A DNA stretch of 64,000 nt from positions 453,950 through 517,949 of the forward strand of contig CAWIWL010000013.1 of assembly GCA_963839705.1 (NCBI GenBank), read 5' to 3'. How positions within the stretch are numbered: position 1 is the first letter of the stretch; every line of letters starts with the position of its first letter. The position numbers and the translations under genes are program-made. Under the pieces are notes generated by a model that saw nothing but the letters and a program-made list of their open reading frames with translations, had not been told where the DNA came from and made no database searches. This DNA is from an uncultured Acidobacteriota bacterium (lineage in GTDB: Bacteria > Acidobacteriota > Vicinamibacteria > Vicinamibacterales > 2-12-FULL-66-21). Positions 1-10,389 of the stretch are shown here, piece after piece.

Positions 1-2033
1 CGAAGTTCTTTGCGCCGTAGGCGTTGAACCCAGCGGCATACAGAGCCGTTGCCGTGGCATCGGCCGGGATGACCGGCACGCCTACCTTGGCGGCACGGAT
101 CTTTACGGTTTGCGCCAAGTCGCCGTGGATCGCGTTGACCAGAGCCGAGTACTCGCCGAATCGCGCCGGTTCGAGCGATCGAATGTCGCGGGTGAACTCG
201 CGTTCGATCGTCAGGCGTGTACCGGCGACGACGTACCGCGAGGCGTAGGTTGGCCCGCTGCCCACCGTGACGTTGGTCGGTGCCCGGAGCTCGTAGCCGG
301 CGGGCAGGTCGAGTGATGTGGTGAGGATCATTCGATGGGGCGATCCGAGCTCCAGCGCAACACCGCCGCGACGATCCTCTTCCTTCTCGTAGGGCACACT
401 CAGCGTAGGAAGCGTCCGCATCTCGCTCGTCGCCGCCGCCCAGTTCAAGACGTCGGACTGCCGCATCTTCGCCGTGATCTGGAACGGCTGGCGTGTCGCC
501 GCCGGGTCGCTCGTGGCCTCGTCCGAAAAATCGCCGGTGAGGCCGAAGGTCTTGGCGAGGCCGCTGACGAACTCCTTCAGCGACTCGCGCGGCAGCGCTC
601 TCAGGAGACTCCTCACCAGCAATTCAGCATCGCCCGACAGCGAAAAGGTCACGGTAGCCGTGAGGGCGCCGATCGAGTCGATCGTTCCGCTGACGGTCAC
701 GCGATCGATTGACGGCATCGGTGGATCCACGGGCGTAGTCACGAGACGGGTGCCTCGGCCCCCGCTACCGACCAGGAGGACTCGCTTGCCACGAATCGTG
801 GCCGGCAGCATGCCGACGGGCGCGACCTCCGTCGTCGTATCCATCCACGTCCAGGCGGCGCTGTCGTCTCCACTCGGGACGACGTTGATGACATGGTCGA
901 GTTCGAGCGGCGAGGCCAGGCCGGCGTCGAGGGATCGTTCCGAGTGGAGCAGGACCGGCCGGGACTCGATGCCAACGGCGGCCAACATGTACGCCAGCAG
1001 CGCCGCCTTGTCCTTGCAGTCACCGTAGCCATTCCTGAGCACGTCGCCAGGCGCGTGCGGCGCGAACCGCCCGATACCGAACGAGAGGCTGAGGTATCGA
1101 ATCTCCTTCGCGACGAAGTCGTAGATCGCATCAATCTTCTTCGAGCGCTCGGTGATGCCCTCGGTAAGCGCGAGGGCCTTGGCCTTGACGTCCGCACTGG
1201 CGGGCACGGCCATCAGCCCATCGAACCACTGCGCAACGGCGTCCCAGGACTGGTAGCTCGTCACCCGCACGTCAGCCGGCGAGCCGTCGCCTGTGTAGGG
1301 AGGAGGCTCCTTACCAGGGGACCGGGCGGTGGTGTTCGTTGCGACCCATCGATACAACCGGCGTCCGCCCTCGACGCGCGGCTCGCCTGCTGGCTGGAGT
1401 GCCGCTCCTGGACGGTTTCTGACAATGGGAGTGGACGTCGCTGGTACGTCGACCTCGAGGCGTTCGTCTAGAACGGCGCCGGAGTCGGTTGACGAGGTAC
1501 TCGAACCAGAAATGTCCAGGCGTCACCGGCCTGGTGACCTTCCAGGTCGCTTCAAGTTCGAGCGTATCGCCCGGCCGCAAGGCTGTCACCGCGATCTGCT
1601 TCTGCCGCAGATCGACGAGCGCCGCAGGATCTCCAGGGGGTCGAACCGCCAGATCCTGCACGTCGCCGGTCGCGTTCGCCGTCACGGTCCCGTCGGCTTT
1701 CCGGACCTGGACGCGATCGATCTGCAACTGCTCCGTGTCCGGGGCATACGGGAACGGCAGTCGGCCCCACTCGCGTACCGCCGATTCGGTGAGGACCTTG
1801 ACGCGCACCTTCAGCTGCCGCTCGCCGCTGCCGTCGCTCTGGTACTTCGCGCGAAGGTGTTTCAGCTCGATGACGTATTCCTGCGCGGTGCCGGGCGGAG
1901 CATTCGGTGTGGGCGCGGGAGGCGCGGGGCCCTGCGTCCGGACCGCCTGACTACTGCCGGTCACGAGTGCAAGCGCCATGAGCCAGGGCAGGGCGGGCCG
2001 TGGCCGGGGATCGACGGAAATCGCAGTCGCCAA
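1..2033 (-). CDS. DUF3857 / transglutaminase-like domain secreted protein (partial at window start; interrupted by an apparent 1-nt frameshift near 1487)
   Basis: N-terminal ORF 1311..2033 reads TAQEYVIELKHLRAKYQSDG...LRPGDTLELEATWKVTRPVTPGHFWFEYLVN, then continues in another frame as DSGAVLDERLEVDVP...APGDVLRNGYGDCKDKAALLAYMLAAVGIESRPVLL (transglutaminase-like GDCKDKA motif). Confidence 0.75.
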
Positions 2034-2080
2034 GGTCGAGCTAGATTAGCACGCCGCTCCCGCGAGGTATCCTGTCACCC

Positions 2081-3281
2081 GTGGAGACCCTTCAACAGCA
2101 ATCGCGGCGCCTCGAGGCCGTCCAGGCGCCGGTCATCCCCATCGTCGGCCGCTGGACAACCGAAACGCCCGGCACCATCTCGCTCGGGCAGGGCGTCGTC
2201 TCGTACCGAGCCTCCGCGCGAGGCCATCGACGCGGCCCGCAGGTTCGGCGGAACGTTGACCGACCATCGATACGGCCCGGTCGAGGGACTGCCGGCGCTT
2301 GTCGAAGCGATCGAGGTCAAGCTCGCGCGCGAGAACGGTATCGCCGTGAGGCCGAAAAGCCGCGCGCTCGTGACGGCCGGCGGCAACCAGGCGTTCATGA
2401 ACGCCATCCTCGCGATCACGGATCCAGACGACGAGATCGTTCTGCCGGTGCCGTACTACTTCAACCACGAGATGGCGGTGGTGATGGCGGGCGCGAAAGC
2501 CGTCGCGGCGCCGACGGCGAGCGACTACCAGCTCGACCTGCGCGCGATCCAGGACGCGATCACGCCGCGAACGCGGGCAGTCGTCACGGTCTCGCCGAAC
2601 AACCCGACCGGCGCAGTCTATTCCGAGGCCGCGCTGCGGGCGGTGAACGCGCTCTGTCGCGATCGCGGCATCTTCCACATCCACGACGAAGCCTACGAGT
2701 ACTTCACCTACGGCGGTGTGAAGCACTTCTCGCCGGGGAGCCTTCCGGATGCGGCCGGCCATACGATCTCGCTCTTCTCGCTCTCCAAGGCCTACGGCAT
2801 GGCGAGCTGGCGGATCGGCTACATGGTGATTCCGGAACTGCTGCACGACGCCGTCAACAAGATCCAGGACACGATCCTCATCTGCCCGCCCGCCGTCTCG
2901 CAGCACGCCGCGATCGCCGCGCTCGAGGTCGGGCGCGCCTTCGCGGGCGCGCACATTGCGCGGCTCGACAGCACGCGCCGGGCCATCTTCGATGCCTTGA
3001 GCTCTCCGGACGTGCCGTGCGACGTGCCGTCGCCGGATGGCGCTTTCTACTATCTCGTCCGCGTGCACGCGCGCATGGACGCGATGACGCTCTGCGAGCG
3101 CCTGATCCGCGAGCACCGCGTGGCCACGATTCCAGGCTCCGCGTTCGCCGACCCGTCGCCGTGTTCAGTGCGCATCTCCTATGGCGCGCTCGATTCCGAT
3201 TCGGTGATCGAGGGGCTGCGGCGGCTCGTGGGCGGGCTGCAGGCGATCGCGTCGGAGTCCACTGCGACTCGGTCGAGTTGA
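2081..3281 (+). CDS. Pyridoxal-phosphate aminotransferase class I/II (frameshift near 2206)
   Basis: TVSPNNPTGAVYSE, IHDEAYEYFTYGG, SLSKAYGMASWRIGY (PLP lysine) motifs; N-terminus METLQQQSRRLEAVQAPVIPIVGRW...ISLGQGVVSY lies in a different frame from PPREAIDAARRFGG. Confidence 0.85.
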
Positions 3282-3320
3282 CCCGTTCTCGGGCCGGTTC
3301 CCGGCACCCATCGTAGCTCC

Positions 3321-3827
3321 ATGACAACTTCTTTTGACATTCGCCGCGCAACGCCAGAGGATGCCTTCCTCCTCGCCACCCAGCGAGTGGCCATGTTTCG
3401 GGACATGGGCCGGACCGGGCCGGAGCTCGAAGAGCATCTCCTGGAGTCCTGTGCGGGCTACTTAGCAAAGGCGTTGGCGAGCGGCGAGTACGTCGGATGG
3501 GTGGCCCAACTCACCGCATCCCCCCACTCGGCTATCGGAGGCGCAGGAGTCCAGTTTCGACCGCTTCTTCCCCGGCCCGATCTCACCGGCCAGTTCCTGC
3601 TGCATGGCCTGGAGGGCTTGATCCTCAACGTTTATGTCGACCGGGCGCACCGTCGCCAGGGTGTCGCACGCCGCTTGATGGACACGCTCATTAGCTGGGC
3701 TCCCGGTGCGGGGATTGTGCGGCTGGTCCTGCACGCGTCGCCCGACGGGCGGCGCCTCTACGAGTCGCTCGGCTTTCTCGCGAGCAATGAAATGTTCTTC
3801 CCGCCGTTCCACACCGATGTTGTGTAA
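3321..3827 (+). CDS. GNAT family N-acetyltransferase
   Basis: FDIRRATPEDAFLL...LNVYVDRAHRRQGVARRLMDTLISWA...LYESLGF; acetyl-CoA binding R-x-x-G-x-A motif. Confidence 0.85.
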   Translation: MTTSFDIRRATPEDAFLLATQRVAMFRDMGRTGPELEEHLLESCAGYLAKALASGEYVGWVAQLTASPHSAIGGAGVQFRPLLPRPDLTGQFLLHGLEGLILNVYVDRAHRRQGVARRLMDTLISWAPGAGIVRLVLHASPDGRRLYESLGFLASNEMFFPPFHTDVV

Positions 3828-3831
3828 TGTG

Positions 3832-3849
3832 ACTCGGTCCGGACCGAGT
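3832..3849. repeat. Perfect 18-nt palindrome ACTCGGTCC|GGACCGAGT
   Basis: Read directly; lies 5 nt after the GNAT stop codon. Confidence 0.9.
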
Positions 3850-4499
3850 TGCCGATTCGTCGGATCGCGGGTGCGCTCAAACACCGGGAAGAGGAGCATC
3901 TGCCATTGGTAGAAATCATCCTCTACATAACCACTCGGGACGCTGACGTGCTCCGATGCTGGTTGAATCGCGAATCGTCCATCGCGTGGATTGTTAAGAC
4001 CCGTCAGTCTGGTTGCGAGTACCGCTGGCAAGCCGTCGATACGCTTGATGCGCTCGAACCGTGCGGTTACCACCTGTGGCACAAAGGGGCTGGTCCCCTG
4101 AACATCCCGTCTGGCTCACTCGAGGTTCAGGATGCGATCGTGCCCGATCCGTACGCCGGCTGGACCCAGCGCCTCGACCGGGAGGATGTCACCACACCCT
4201 GGTTCGGCGCCAACTTGCCCGGCCCTTACCTTTTCAGATTTGCGCCGAACGGCCGAGAGCACCCGGAATCGATCGGCCGTTCTGGATTCAGTTGGCTCGG
4301 CGACTACTTCCGGCCCGTGGGCTGCTCGGCGCATCCAGAGGCAAAGCGATGGTGGCTGCGACTCGGCAGATTCGTGCGCTCACGAGCGACCGGCATTCCC
4401 TGGCCATCACCTGATCACGGCGGCCGCTCGCTTGGGTATGCGTTTCCGGATGCCTACGCAGAAATATTGCGAGGGCGCCGGTTTGACATCAATCCTTGA
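3849..4499 (+). CDS. Hypothetical protein bracketed by palindromes (start uncertain, possibly downstream at TTG/GTG near 3904)
   Basis: Open frame of 216 aa with protein-like composition (VEIILYITTRDADVLRCWLNRESSIAWIVKT...). No family recognised. Confidence 0.45.
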   Translation: MPIRRIAGALKHREEEHLPLVEIILYITTRDADVLRCWLNRESSIAWIVKTRQSGCEYRWQAVDTLDALEPCGYHLWHKGAGPLNIPSGSLEVQDAIVPDPYAGWTQRLDREDVTTPWFGANLPGPYLFRFAPNGREHPESIGRSGFSWLGDYFRPVGCSAHPEAKRWWLRLGRFVRSRATGIPWPSPDHGGRSLGYAFPDAYAEILRGRRFDINP

Positions 4500-4536
4500 C
4501 TTGGTGGCCTTGGATCGCGTCGGACCAATCGACAGT

Positions 4537-4560
4537 GCAACTCGGTCTGGACCGAGTTGC
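4537..4560. repeat. 24-nt palindrome GCAACTCGGTCTGGACCGAGTTGC (one central mismatch), related to 3832-3849
   Basis: Shares the CTCGGTC...GACCGAG core with the palindrome at 3832-3849. Confidence 0.9.
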
Positions 4561-4618
4561 CGCAACCAGTAAAGTTGCTCGGCGAAGCCAAAACCATGGG
4601 GAACACTCGTCCCTGACT

Positions 4619-7456
4619 TTACTCCTGACGGAGCGCCGTGATCGGGTTGATCCGAATCGCCCGCCGCGCCGGAATCGCGCACGCCACCAGCGCGACGGCG
4701 GTCAGCAGGGCGATCGTCCCGGTGAAGGTCGGTAGATCGGTCGAGGAAACCCCCTGCAGCGAGCTGGCGAGGGCTCGCGCTCCGGCAAGGCCTCCAGCCA
4801 AGCCGATCAGGATCCCGACCCCGACGAGCAGCATGCCGTCGCGGACCACCAGCAGGAAGACGCGATGGCTGTCCGCACCGAGCGCGAGTCGAATGCCCAT
4901 TTCGCGGGTACGGCGTGAGACGGAAAACGATAGCACGCCGTAGATGCCCACCACCGCCAGCACGAGCGCCAGGCCTCCGAACACCGCGAGCAGCCAGGCC
5001 CCCATTCTTGCTGCATACAGCGATGTCCCAATGGTGTCGGCCATCGTTCTGATGTTGGGCACCGGAAGGTTGGGCTCGAGCGACTGGATTTCCCGGCGCA
5101 GGGCGCCGACGAGCGAGGCCGGTGGGACCGACGCGCGGACGTACAGCGTCATGCCGGTTTCATGGTTCTGCGCGAGCGGCAGGTAGGCCACCGGCACCGA
5201 CTCTTCCCTCAGCGCGCCATACTTGCTGTCGCGAACGACGCCGACGATCTCTCGCCAGGGTCCGTCCGGACCATCGACGCTGACCCGGCTGCCGATCGGA
5301 TCGGCGTTCGCGAACTGCATCGCCACGGCGGTCGCGTTGAGGATGACCACCGGCGGTCCGGTTTCCACGTCGGTGTCCCGGAAGTCGCGGCCCTTCACAA
5401 GCGCAATGCCGAGCGTCTGGAAGAACTCCCGTCCGACTACGTTCGCGTTGATGAGCCTCGCGTCGTTGGCGGCCGCTCGCCCGCCCTCGCTCTGCGCGCG
5501 CTCGTGCGTCGAGCCCCGCCCTTCGACGTGGAGGCTGAGCACCCGGGAGCTGCCGCCGAGCACCGCCACCCGGGCGACAGTCGCGGACTCGACGCCCGGG
5601 AGTCCTCTCACCCTCTCGACCGCCTGCCGATAGAACTCACGCCCCTGCGCGCGGGTGTAGCGCAGAAGATTGACGCTGAGCGGCGCCGAGACCAGCTTGT
5701 CGACGTCGACGCCGGGATCGATCGCGCGCGCCGACTGCAGGCCGCGCACGAACAGGCCAGCGGCAATCAGCAGCAGCAGTGACAGCGCGACCTCGCCGAC
5801 CACCAGGATCTTCTTGAGATCGAAGCGCGCCCGGCGCTCGCCGAGCGTGGCGTCCGTGCCCTTGAGCGCAGGCACCAGGCCGGGACGTGACGCCTCCAGT
5901 GCCGGGGCGATGCCGAAGAGGATGCCGGTCGCGCACGAGAGCAGCAGCGAGAACAGCAGCACCCGCCGATCGAGCGCGAAATCGAAGGTGAGCGGAAGCG
6001 CGCCCGCGGGTGGCGGCGCCGCCTGGAACGCGGCGGTGACCGCCCAGGCGATGGCCACGCCGGCGGCACCGCCGAGGAGCGACAACAGCACGCTCTCGGT
6101 CAGGAGCTGGCGCACAAGCCGGCTGCGGCTGGCCCCGAGCGCCAGGCGGACCGCCACTTCCCGGCGCCTGGACGAGGCGCGCGACAGCAGCAGGTTCGCG
6201 ATGTTGGCGCAGGCAATCAGCAGCACTGCACCCACCACGCCACCGAGCAGCAGCGCCGCCGATCGCAGCGGCCGACGCTGATTGTCGGTCCCTTCTTCCA
6301 GGCCCACCACCGAGATGGGCTGTAACGGCGCGGAAGGCGTGGCCCTGGCAGGGGCCGCCCCAGCGGGTAGCCGCGTGCGGACGAACTCCGACGCCACGCT
6401 CTCCAGCTCGGCGCGCGCCGGCCCAATCTGCGCGCTGGGCTTCAACCGGCCGACCGCGCTGATCCAGCTGTTGGTCAGGTGATTCAGCAGGTCGGGATTC
6501 TGATCGCCCGAGTACCTGGCGCGCGGCGGCCGCATGATCGCCTGCATCATCATCGGCACGTAGAGACTGCGCACGCCTCCGAGCACCGGGCCGCCGAACC
6601 CCGCCGGCGCCACGCCGACGACGGTGAAGACGTGGCCGTTCAACCGCACCTCCCGCCCGACGGCGTCGGCCTCGCCGGCGAATCGCGTCTGCCAGAAGTC
6701 GTGGCTGATCACGGCCACCGGATGCGCGCCCGGCGTCACATCGTCGGCAGGCGACAGCAGCCGTCCGCGCTCGGCGGGGCCGACTTGAAGGACGTCGAAG
6801 AAGTTGCCGGTGACGATCAGGCCGTTCACAAGTTCGGCCGAGTCCCCGGCGTTGAGGCTCGCGCTGATGCCGCCCCAGCCGGCCAGTCCCACGAAATGCT
6901 GCGTGTGGTCGCGCAGCGTGGCGTACATCGGATACGAGAAGACGCCGCCGTTGCCGCGGGAGACATAGGCGAGGCTGGCGGGATCGCTCACCCCCAGGCG
7001 CTGGAACAGCGTCGCGTTGACGAGACTGAAAACTGCGGTGTTGGCGCCGATGCCGAGGGCCAGCGTCAGGACGACGGCGATGGTGAAGCCGGGCTGGCGG
7101 CGCAGCATCCGGGCGGCGTAGCGGAGATCCTGGAGCGTGTCGGCGGCCAGGCCGCGACGCGGGGAACCCTCGGCAATCGGCGGCGGCACATGCGCCTGCC
7201 GCAGCGCGCGCATGTAGCGGCCGAGCGTGTCGTCGTCGCGCAGTTCCTCCAGGGCGAGCTGGCGGGCGTCGTGGTCGGCGATGCCGTCGGCGCGGAGCGC
7301 GTCGTAGCGATCGTCGAGGTGTTGCGACAGTTCGACGATGATTTCCCGCTCGCGGGCGGCGGTCAGCGCCAGCGGCGCGAGGCGCGGGCGCAGGTGTGTC
7401 GACCAGTCCCGCGACGCGGGCCGCGGTGGTTTCGAATCCCTCGTTGGATCAGGCAT
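4619..7456 (-). CDS. ADOP/MacB-like ABC transporter permease with N-terminal permease-prefix domain
   Basis: [44 protein letters not shown]; FtsX-like ending ALVACAIPARRAIRINPITALRQE. ATG at 7456 overlaps the PadR gene end. Confidence 0.9.
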   Translation of the reverse strand: MPDPTRDSKPPRPASRDWSTHLRPRLAPLALTAAREREIIVELSQHLDDRYDALRADGIADHDARQLALEELRDDDTLGRYMRALRQAHVPPPIAEGSPRRGLAADTLQDLRYAARMLRRQPGFTIAVVLTLALGIGANTAVFSLVNATLFQRLGVSDPASLAYVSRGNGGVFSYPMYATLRDHTQHFVGLAGWGGISASLNAGDSAELVNGLIVTGNFFDVLQVGPAERGRLLSPADDVTPGAHPVAVISHDFWQTRFAGEADAVGREVRLNGHVFTVVGVAPAGFGGPVLGGVRSLYVPMMMQAIMRPPRARYSGDQNPDLLNHLTNSWISAVGRLKPSAQIGPARAELESVASEFVRTRLPAGAAPARATPSAPLQPISVVGLEEGTDNQRRPLRSAALLLGGVVGAVLLIACANIANLLLSRASSRRREVAVRLALGASRSRLVRQLLTESVLLSLLGGAAGVAIAWAVTAAFQAAPPPAGALPLTFDFALDRRVLLFSLLLSCATGILFGIAPALEASRPGLVPALKGTDATLGERRARFDLKKILVVGEVALSLLLLIAAGLFVRGLQSARAIDPGVDVDKLVSAPLSVNLLRYTRAQGREFYRQAVERVRGLPGVESATVARVAVLGGSSRVLSLHVEGRGSTHERAQSEGGRAAANDARLINANVVGREFFQTLGIALVKGRDFRDTDVETGPPVVILNATAVAMQFANADPIGSRVSVDGPDGPWREIVGVVRDSKYGALREESVPVAYLPLAQNHETGMTLYVRASVPPASLVGALRREIQSLEPNLPVPNIRTMADTIGTSLYAARMGAWLLAVFGGLALVLAVVGIYGVLSFSVSRRTREMGIRLALGADSHRVFLLVVRDGMLLVGVGILIGLAGGLAGARALASSLQGVSSTDLPTFTGTIALLTAVALVACAIPARRAIRINPITALRQE

Positions 7457-7823
7457 TGTCGACTCCAGTGATGAGGCGCATCGCGGTGACAAACGATCGC
7501 CAGGTGTTCCGCTGGCTCGCCAGCACCCGGCGGCCCTCGGCGGTGAGCCGGTAGTACCGCCGCCGCCGCTGGCCAACCTTCTCCACCCACCGCCCCTGCA
7601 GCCAGCCGCGCTCTTCGAGCCGGTAGAGCAGGGGGTACAACGATGCGATGTGAAACTTCAGCTGCCCGGCGGACCGTTGCTCGATCTGCTGGCTGATCTC
7701 GTAGCCATGGCGGGCGCGAGTCTCGACAATCGACAGGATGATCAGTTCCGCGGATCCCTTCTTCAGCTCCCGGTCGAGCATCCGGCGATCGATAGATGTC
7801 ATAGCCACATATGCTACAGCCAA
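7449..7823 (-). CDS. PadR family transcriptional regulator
   Basis: ELKKGSAELIILSIVETRARHGYEISQQIEQRSAGQLKFHIASLYPLLYRLEERGWLQG...RRRYYRLTAEGRRVL. Confidence 0.93.
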   Translation of the reverse strand: MAVAYVAMTSIDRRMLDRELKKGSAELIILSIVETRARHGYEISQQIEQRSAGQLKFHIASLYPLLYRLEERGWLQGRWVEKVGQRRRRYYRLTAEGRRVLASQRNTWRSFVTAMRLITGVDNA

Positions 7824-8089
7824 TACGAGCGAACGCCAGAAAAGATTTGAAGGCGGCTCGGCGGCGACCAGTTTCCGGCGAACCGGCCGAAGCGGACGCG
7901 GTACGTCTGGACTTCAACGGCGCAGTTGCTGGAGACTGTCGTCGACGGCGGTGCATACCTGGCCGCCTGGTGGGGGATTCCGTGCGCCGACGCCGCGTGG
8001 CCGAAGGTCGACGCCTTTCGGATCACGGGCGAATGGGTTCGTCCTGCGCAGCTGGGATCTCAAGAGCCATTGAGCTAAGTTAGGCCACG

Positions 8090-10255
8090 ATGAGCAGTCG
8101 CCCAAGTGTTCGACAATCCTTACCTGCCTGCGCCCTCACGCTGTCTCTCCACGCGGCCTTGCCGCCGTCTCTCGCCGCGCAGACCACGGATCGTGATCTC
8201 GAGGCCATCGCGTCGTGGGTCGCGGTCGACGCTGCCACCGGTTACGAGCGGCGGGTCGCGCCGGCACTAGCGTTGGCCCTCGGCGGTTGGAGTGCTGACG
8301 CGTACGGCAACGTCGTCACGACCGTCGGCACCGGCTCGCCGCACCGCATCGTCGCATGTGCGCTGGATCGTCCGAGCTATGCCGTGTCGCAGGTCAGGGA
8401 CGATGGTTACCTGCGGCTGCATCGGATTGGCAGCGGCTCCCGGCACCCGTTGTGGGACCAGCAATTTGAGGCACAGCAGGTGCGCGTGCTGACGACCGCC
8501 GGGCCCGTCGCCGGCGTCATCGCCAGGACGAACGGGCACTTCGCACAGCAGCACGCAAACGAGACCTCTGTCGCAACCGCTGACGATCTCTGGCTGGACG
8601 TGGGCGCCGAGTCGCGCGCCGACGTCGAGGCGCTCGGCATCGCGTTGCTGGATCCTGTCTCGCGTCAGCTTCCACCGTGGCCGATCGCAGGCGGTGTGGC
8701 GGGCCCGGACGTCGGGCGACGAGGTGGGTGCGCGGCGGTCGTCGCGGCCGCTGCGGCCGCACGACGAGACGGCATCCAAGGTCGTACGACATTCGTTCTG
8801 AGTGCGCAGGAAGTCACGGGATGGGTCGGTCTCTCCTCGTTCGTGGCTCGAGGCGAGCGCGCCGACCAGATGACGGTGCTGGCGCCCGGAGCAGACTCGC
8901 GGGCCGACACCGAACGATCGGCGAAAGAGCTCGGCCGCTTCGGTACTGTGCTCGAAGCCTCCGGCCTGAAGGCTGTGCGATGGCTGGTGCCATCGGTCAC
9001 GCAAACGGGCTCGCACCTGGAGATCTTGCGCGCGGCTGAGGCGGAGTGGCTGCTCGGTGCCGCCGCGACGTCGGCCGGTCTGGCCAACGCCCCGAGTCAG
9101 GGCTGGGTCGCGGCGCCACCTCCGGCCCCGCTGAGGATCAATCGTGCGGACGCCGCGTTCACCGAGGTGGCATCGGTCCTGTCCGATTTCGTCGAGCGCC
9201 ACGGGGTATCGGGGCACGAGTGGTCCGTCCGCCGTGCTGTGCTGGCGGCGCTGCCGTCCTGGGCGCGGGAGCGCGCGGTCGTAGACGACATCGGTAACAT
9301 CACCGTGGAGGCGGGACCACAGGGCGACGCGACGGTCTTCATGGCACACATGGACGAGGTCGGCTACGTGATCGAGTCGATCGCTCCCGACGGCACGCTC
9401 TCACTCGCGGGGCAGGGGGGCGCCGTGGCATCCGCGTGGGAAGGCCAGACGGCGCTCGTCCATTTCGATCCGCAGGGGGCGCCCAGCACGGTCACAGGAT
9501 TGGGCGACAACATCGACGCGCGCTGGAAGACCCATTCACTCGCTGCGACGGCGCCGCCGCCGCTCCGTGGCGTCTTCCGGATTCGATCCGCGGCACCGCG
9601 CAAGAATCCCGGTCCTCTGCAAGCGTGGTTTGGTCTGGACGCGCAAGGCCTGGCGGCGCGCGGCGTCGTGGTGGGCATGCAGGTGACGAGTCACAAGGCG
9701 GGACAGCGGCTCGGGCGGACGCGGTTCGCGGCCCGATCCCTTGACGACCGCGCCGGGACGACGGCGCTCGTGCGCGCGATCAACCAGATCAACCCCGACC
9801 GGCTGCCTGGCAGAGTGATCTTCGCCTGGTCGGTTCATGAGGAAGGCGGCCTGCGCGGCGCCACGGCGATGGCCCGCCGCTTCGGCCGGACCACGAGGCG
9901 GATCTACTCGCTCGACACGTTTGTCTCCTCCGACACGCCGCTCGAGTCGCCGCATTTCGCGTATGCGCCGCTCGGGAAAGGTCCCGTGTTCCGCGCGATC
10001 GAGAGCGCGAACGTGTCGCCCGACGAGGAACGGGAACGCGTGCGCCGGGCGGCCGCCGCCGCGGGCATTCCGCTGCAGATGGGATTGACGCAGGGCGGTA
10101 CCGACGGCTCTGTCTTCACCTTCTGGGGCGCGCCGAACCAGGGGCTGTCCTGGCCAGGCCGCTACAGTCACTCGCCCGGTGAGGTGCTCGACCTGCGGGA
10201 TCTCGATATGCTCACGCGACTCGTCGTGGCTGTCGCGTCATCGCGAGAGCGGTAG
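8090..10255 (+). CDS. Secreted M42-like metallopeptidase with tandem (duplicated) peptidase-like domains
   Basis: C-terminal half: VFMAHMDEVGYVIESI, RSLDDRAGTTALV, FAWSVHEEGGLRGA, TDGSVF, RYSHSPGEVLDLRDLD. N-terminal half follows the same order with altered ligands (VACALDRPSYAVSQV, SAQEVTGWVGL). Confidence 0.8.
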   Translation: MSSRPSVRQSLPACALTLSLHAALPPSLAAQTTDRDLEAIASWVAVDAATGYERRVAPALALALGGWSADAYGNVVTTVGTGSPHRIVACALDRPSYAVSQVRDDGYLRLHRIGSGSRHPLWDQQFEAQQVRVLTTAGPVAGVIARTNGHFAQQHANETSVATADDLWLDVGAESRADVEALGIALLDPVSRQLPPWPIAGGVAGPDVGRRGGCAAVVAAAAAARRDGIQGRTTFVLSAQEVTGWVGLSSFVARGERADQMTVLAPGADSRADTERSAKELGRFGTVLEASGLKAVRWLVPSVTQTGSHLEILRAAEAEWLLGAAATSAGLANAPSQGWVAAPPPAPLRINRADAAFTEVASVLSDFVERHGVSGHEWSVRRAVLAALPSWARERAVVDDIGNITVEAGPQGDATVFMAHMDEVGYVIESIAPDGTLSLAGQGGAVASAWEGQTALVHFDPQGAPSTVTGLGDNIDARWKTHSLAATAPPPLRGVFRIRSAAPRKNPGPLQAWFGLDAQGLAARGVVVGMQVTSHKAGQRLGRTRFAARSLDDRAGTTALVRAINQINPDRLPGRVIFAWSVHEEGGLRGATAMARRFGRTTRRIYSLDTFVSSDTPLESPHFAYAPLGKGPVFRAIESANVSPDEERERVRRAAAAAGIPLQMGLTQGGTDGSVFTFWGAPNQGLSWPGRYSHSPGEVLDLRDLDMLTRLVVAVASSRER

Positions 10256-10389
10256 CGGTTGGCTGGCCGCCATCAACAAGATTGCATTAGAGCGTCGCCG
10301 CTGCGATGATGTGTGGCCGCTGGTGAACACTGGCTGTTGGCCAGACAGAGACTCAAACGCGTGCTCCCGACTCCACGTGTGACTCCGCC

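Noticed and set aside
2081-3316. Full-length reading of the 411-aa ORF 2081..3316
   Set aside because: Only its first ~42 residues match the aminotransferase. The remainder is an out-of-frame Arg-rich translation after the frameshift.
7857-8085. Possible coding remnant (RYVWTSTAQLLETVVDGGAYLAAWWG... in one frame and VSSNCAVEVQTYRVRFGRFAG in the antisense)
   Set aside because: Both strands look equally protein-like, there is no start or RBS and no recognised family; not supportable as a gene.
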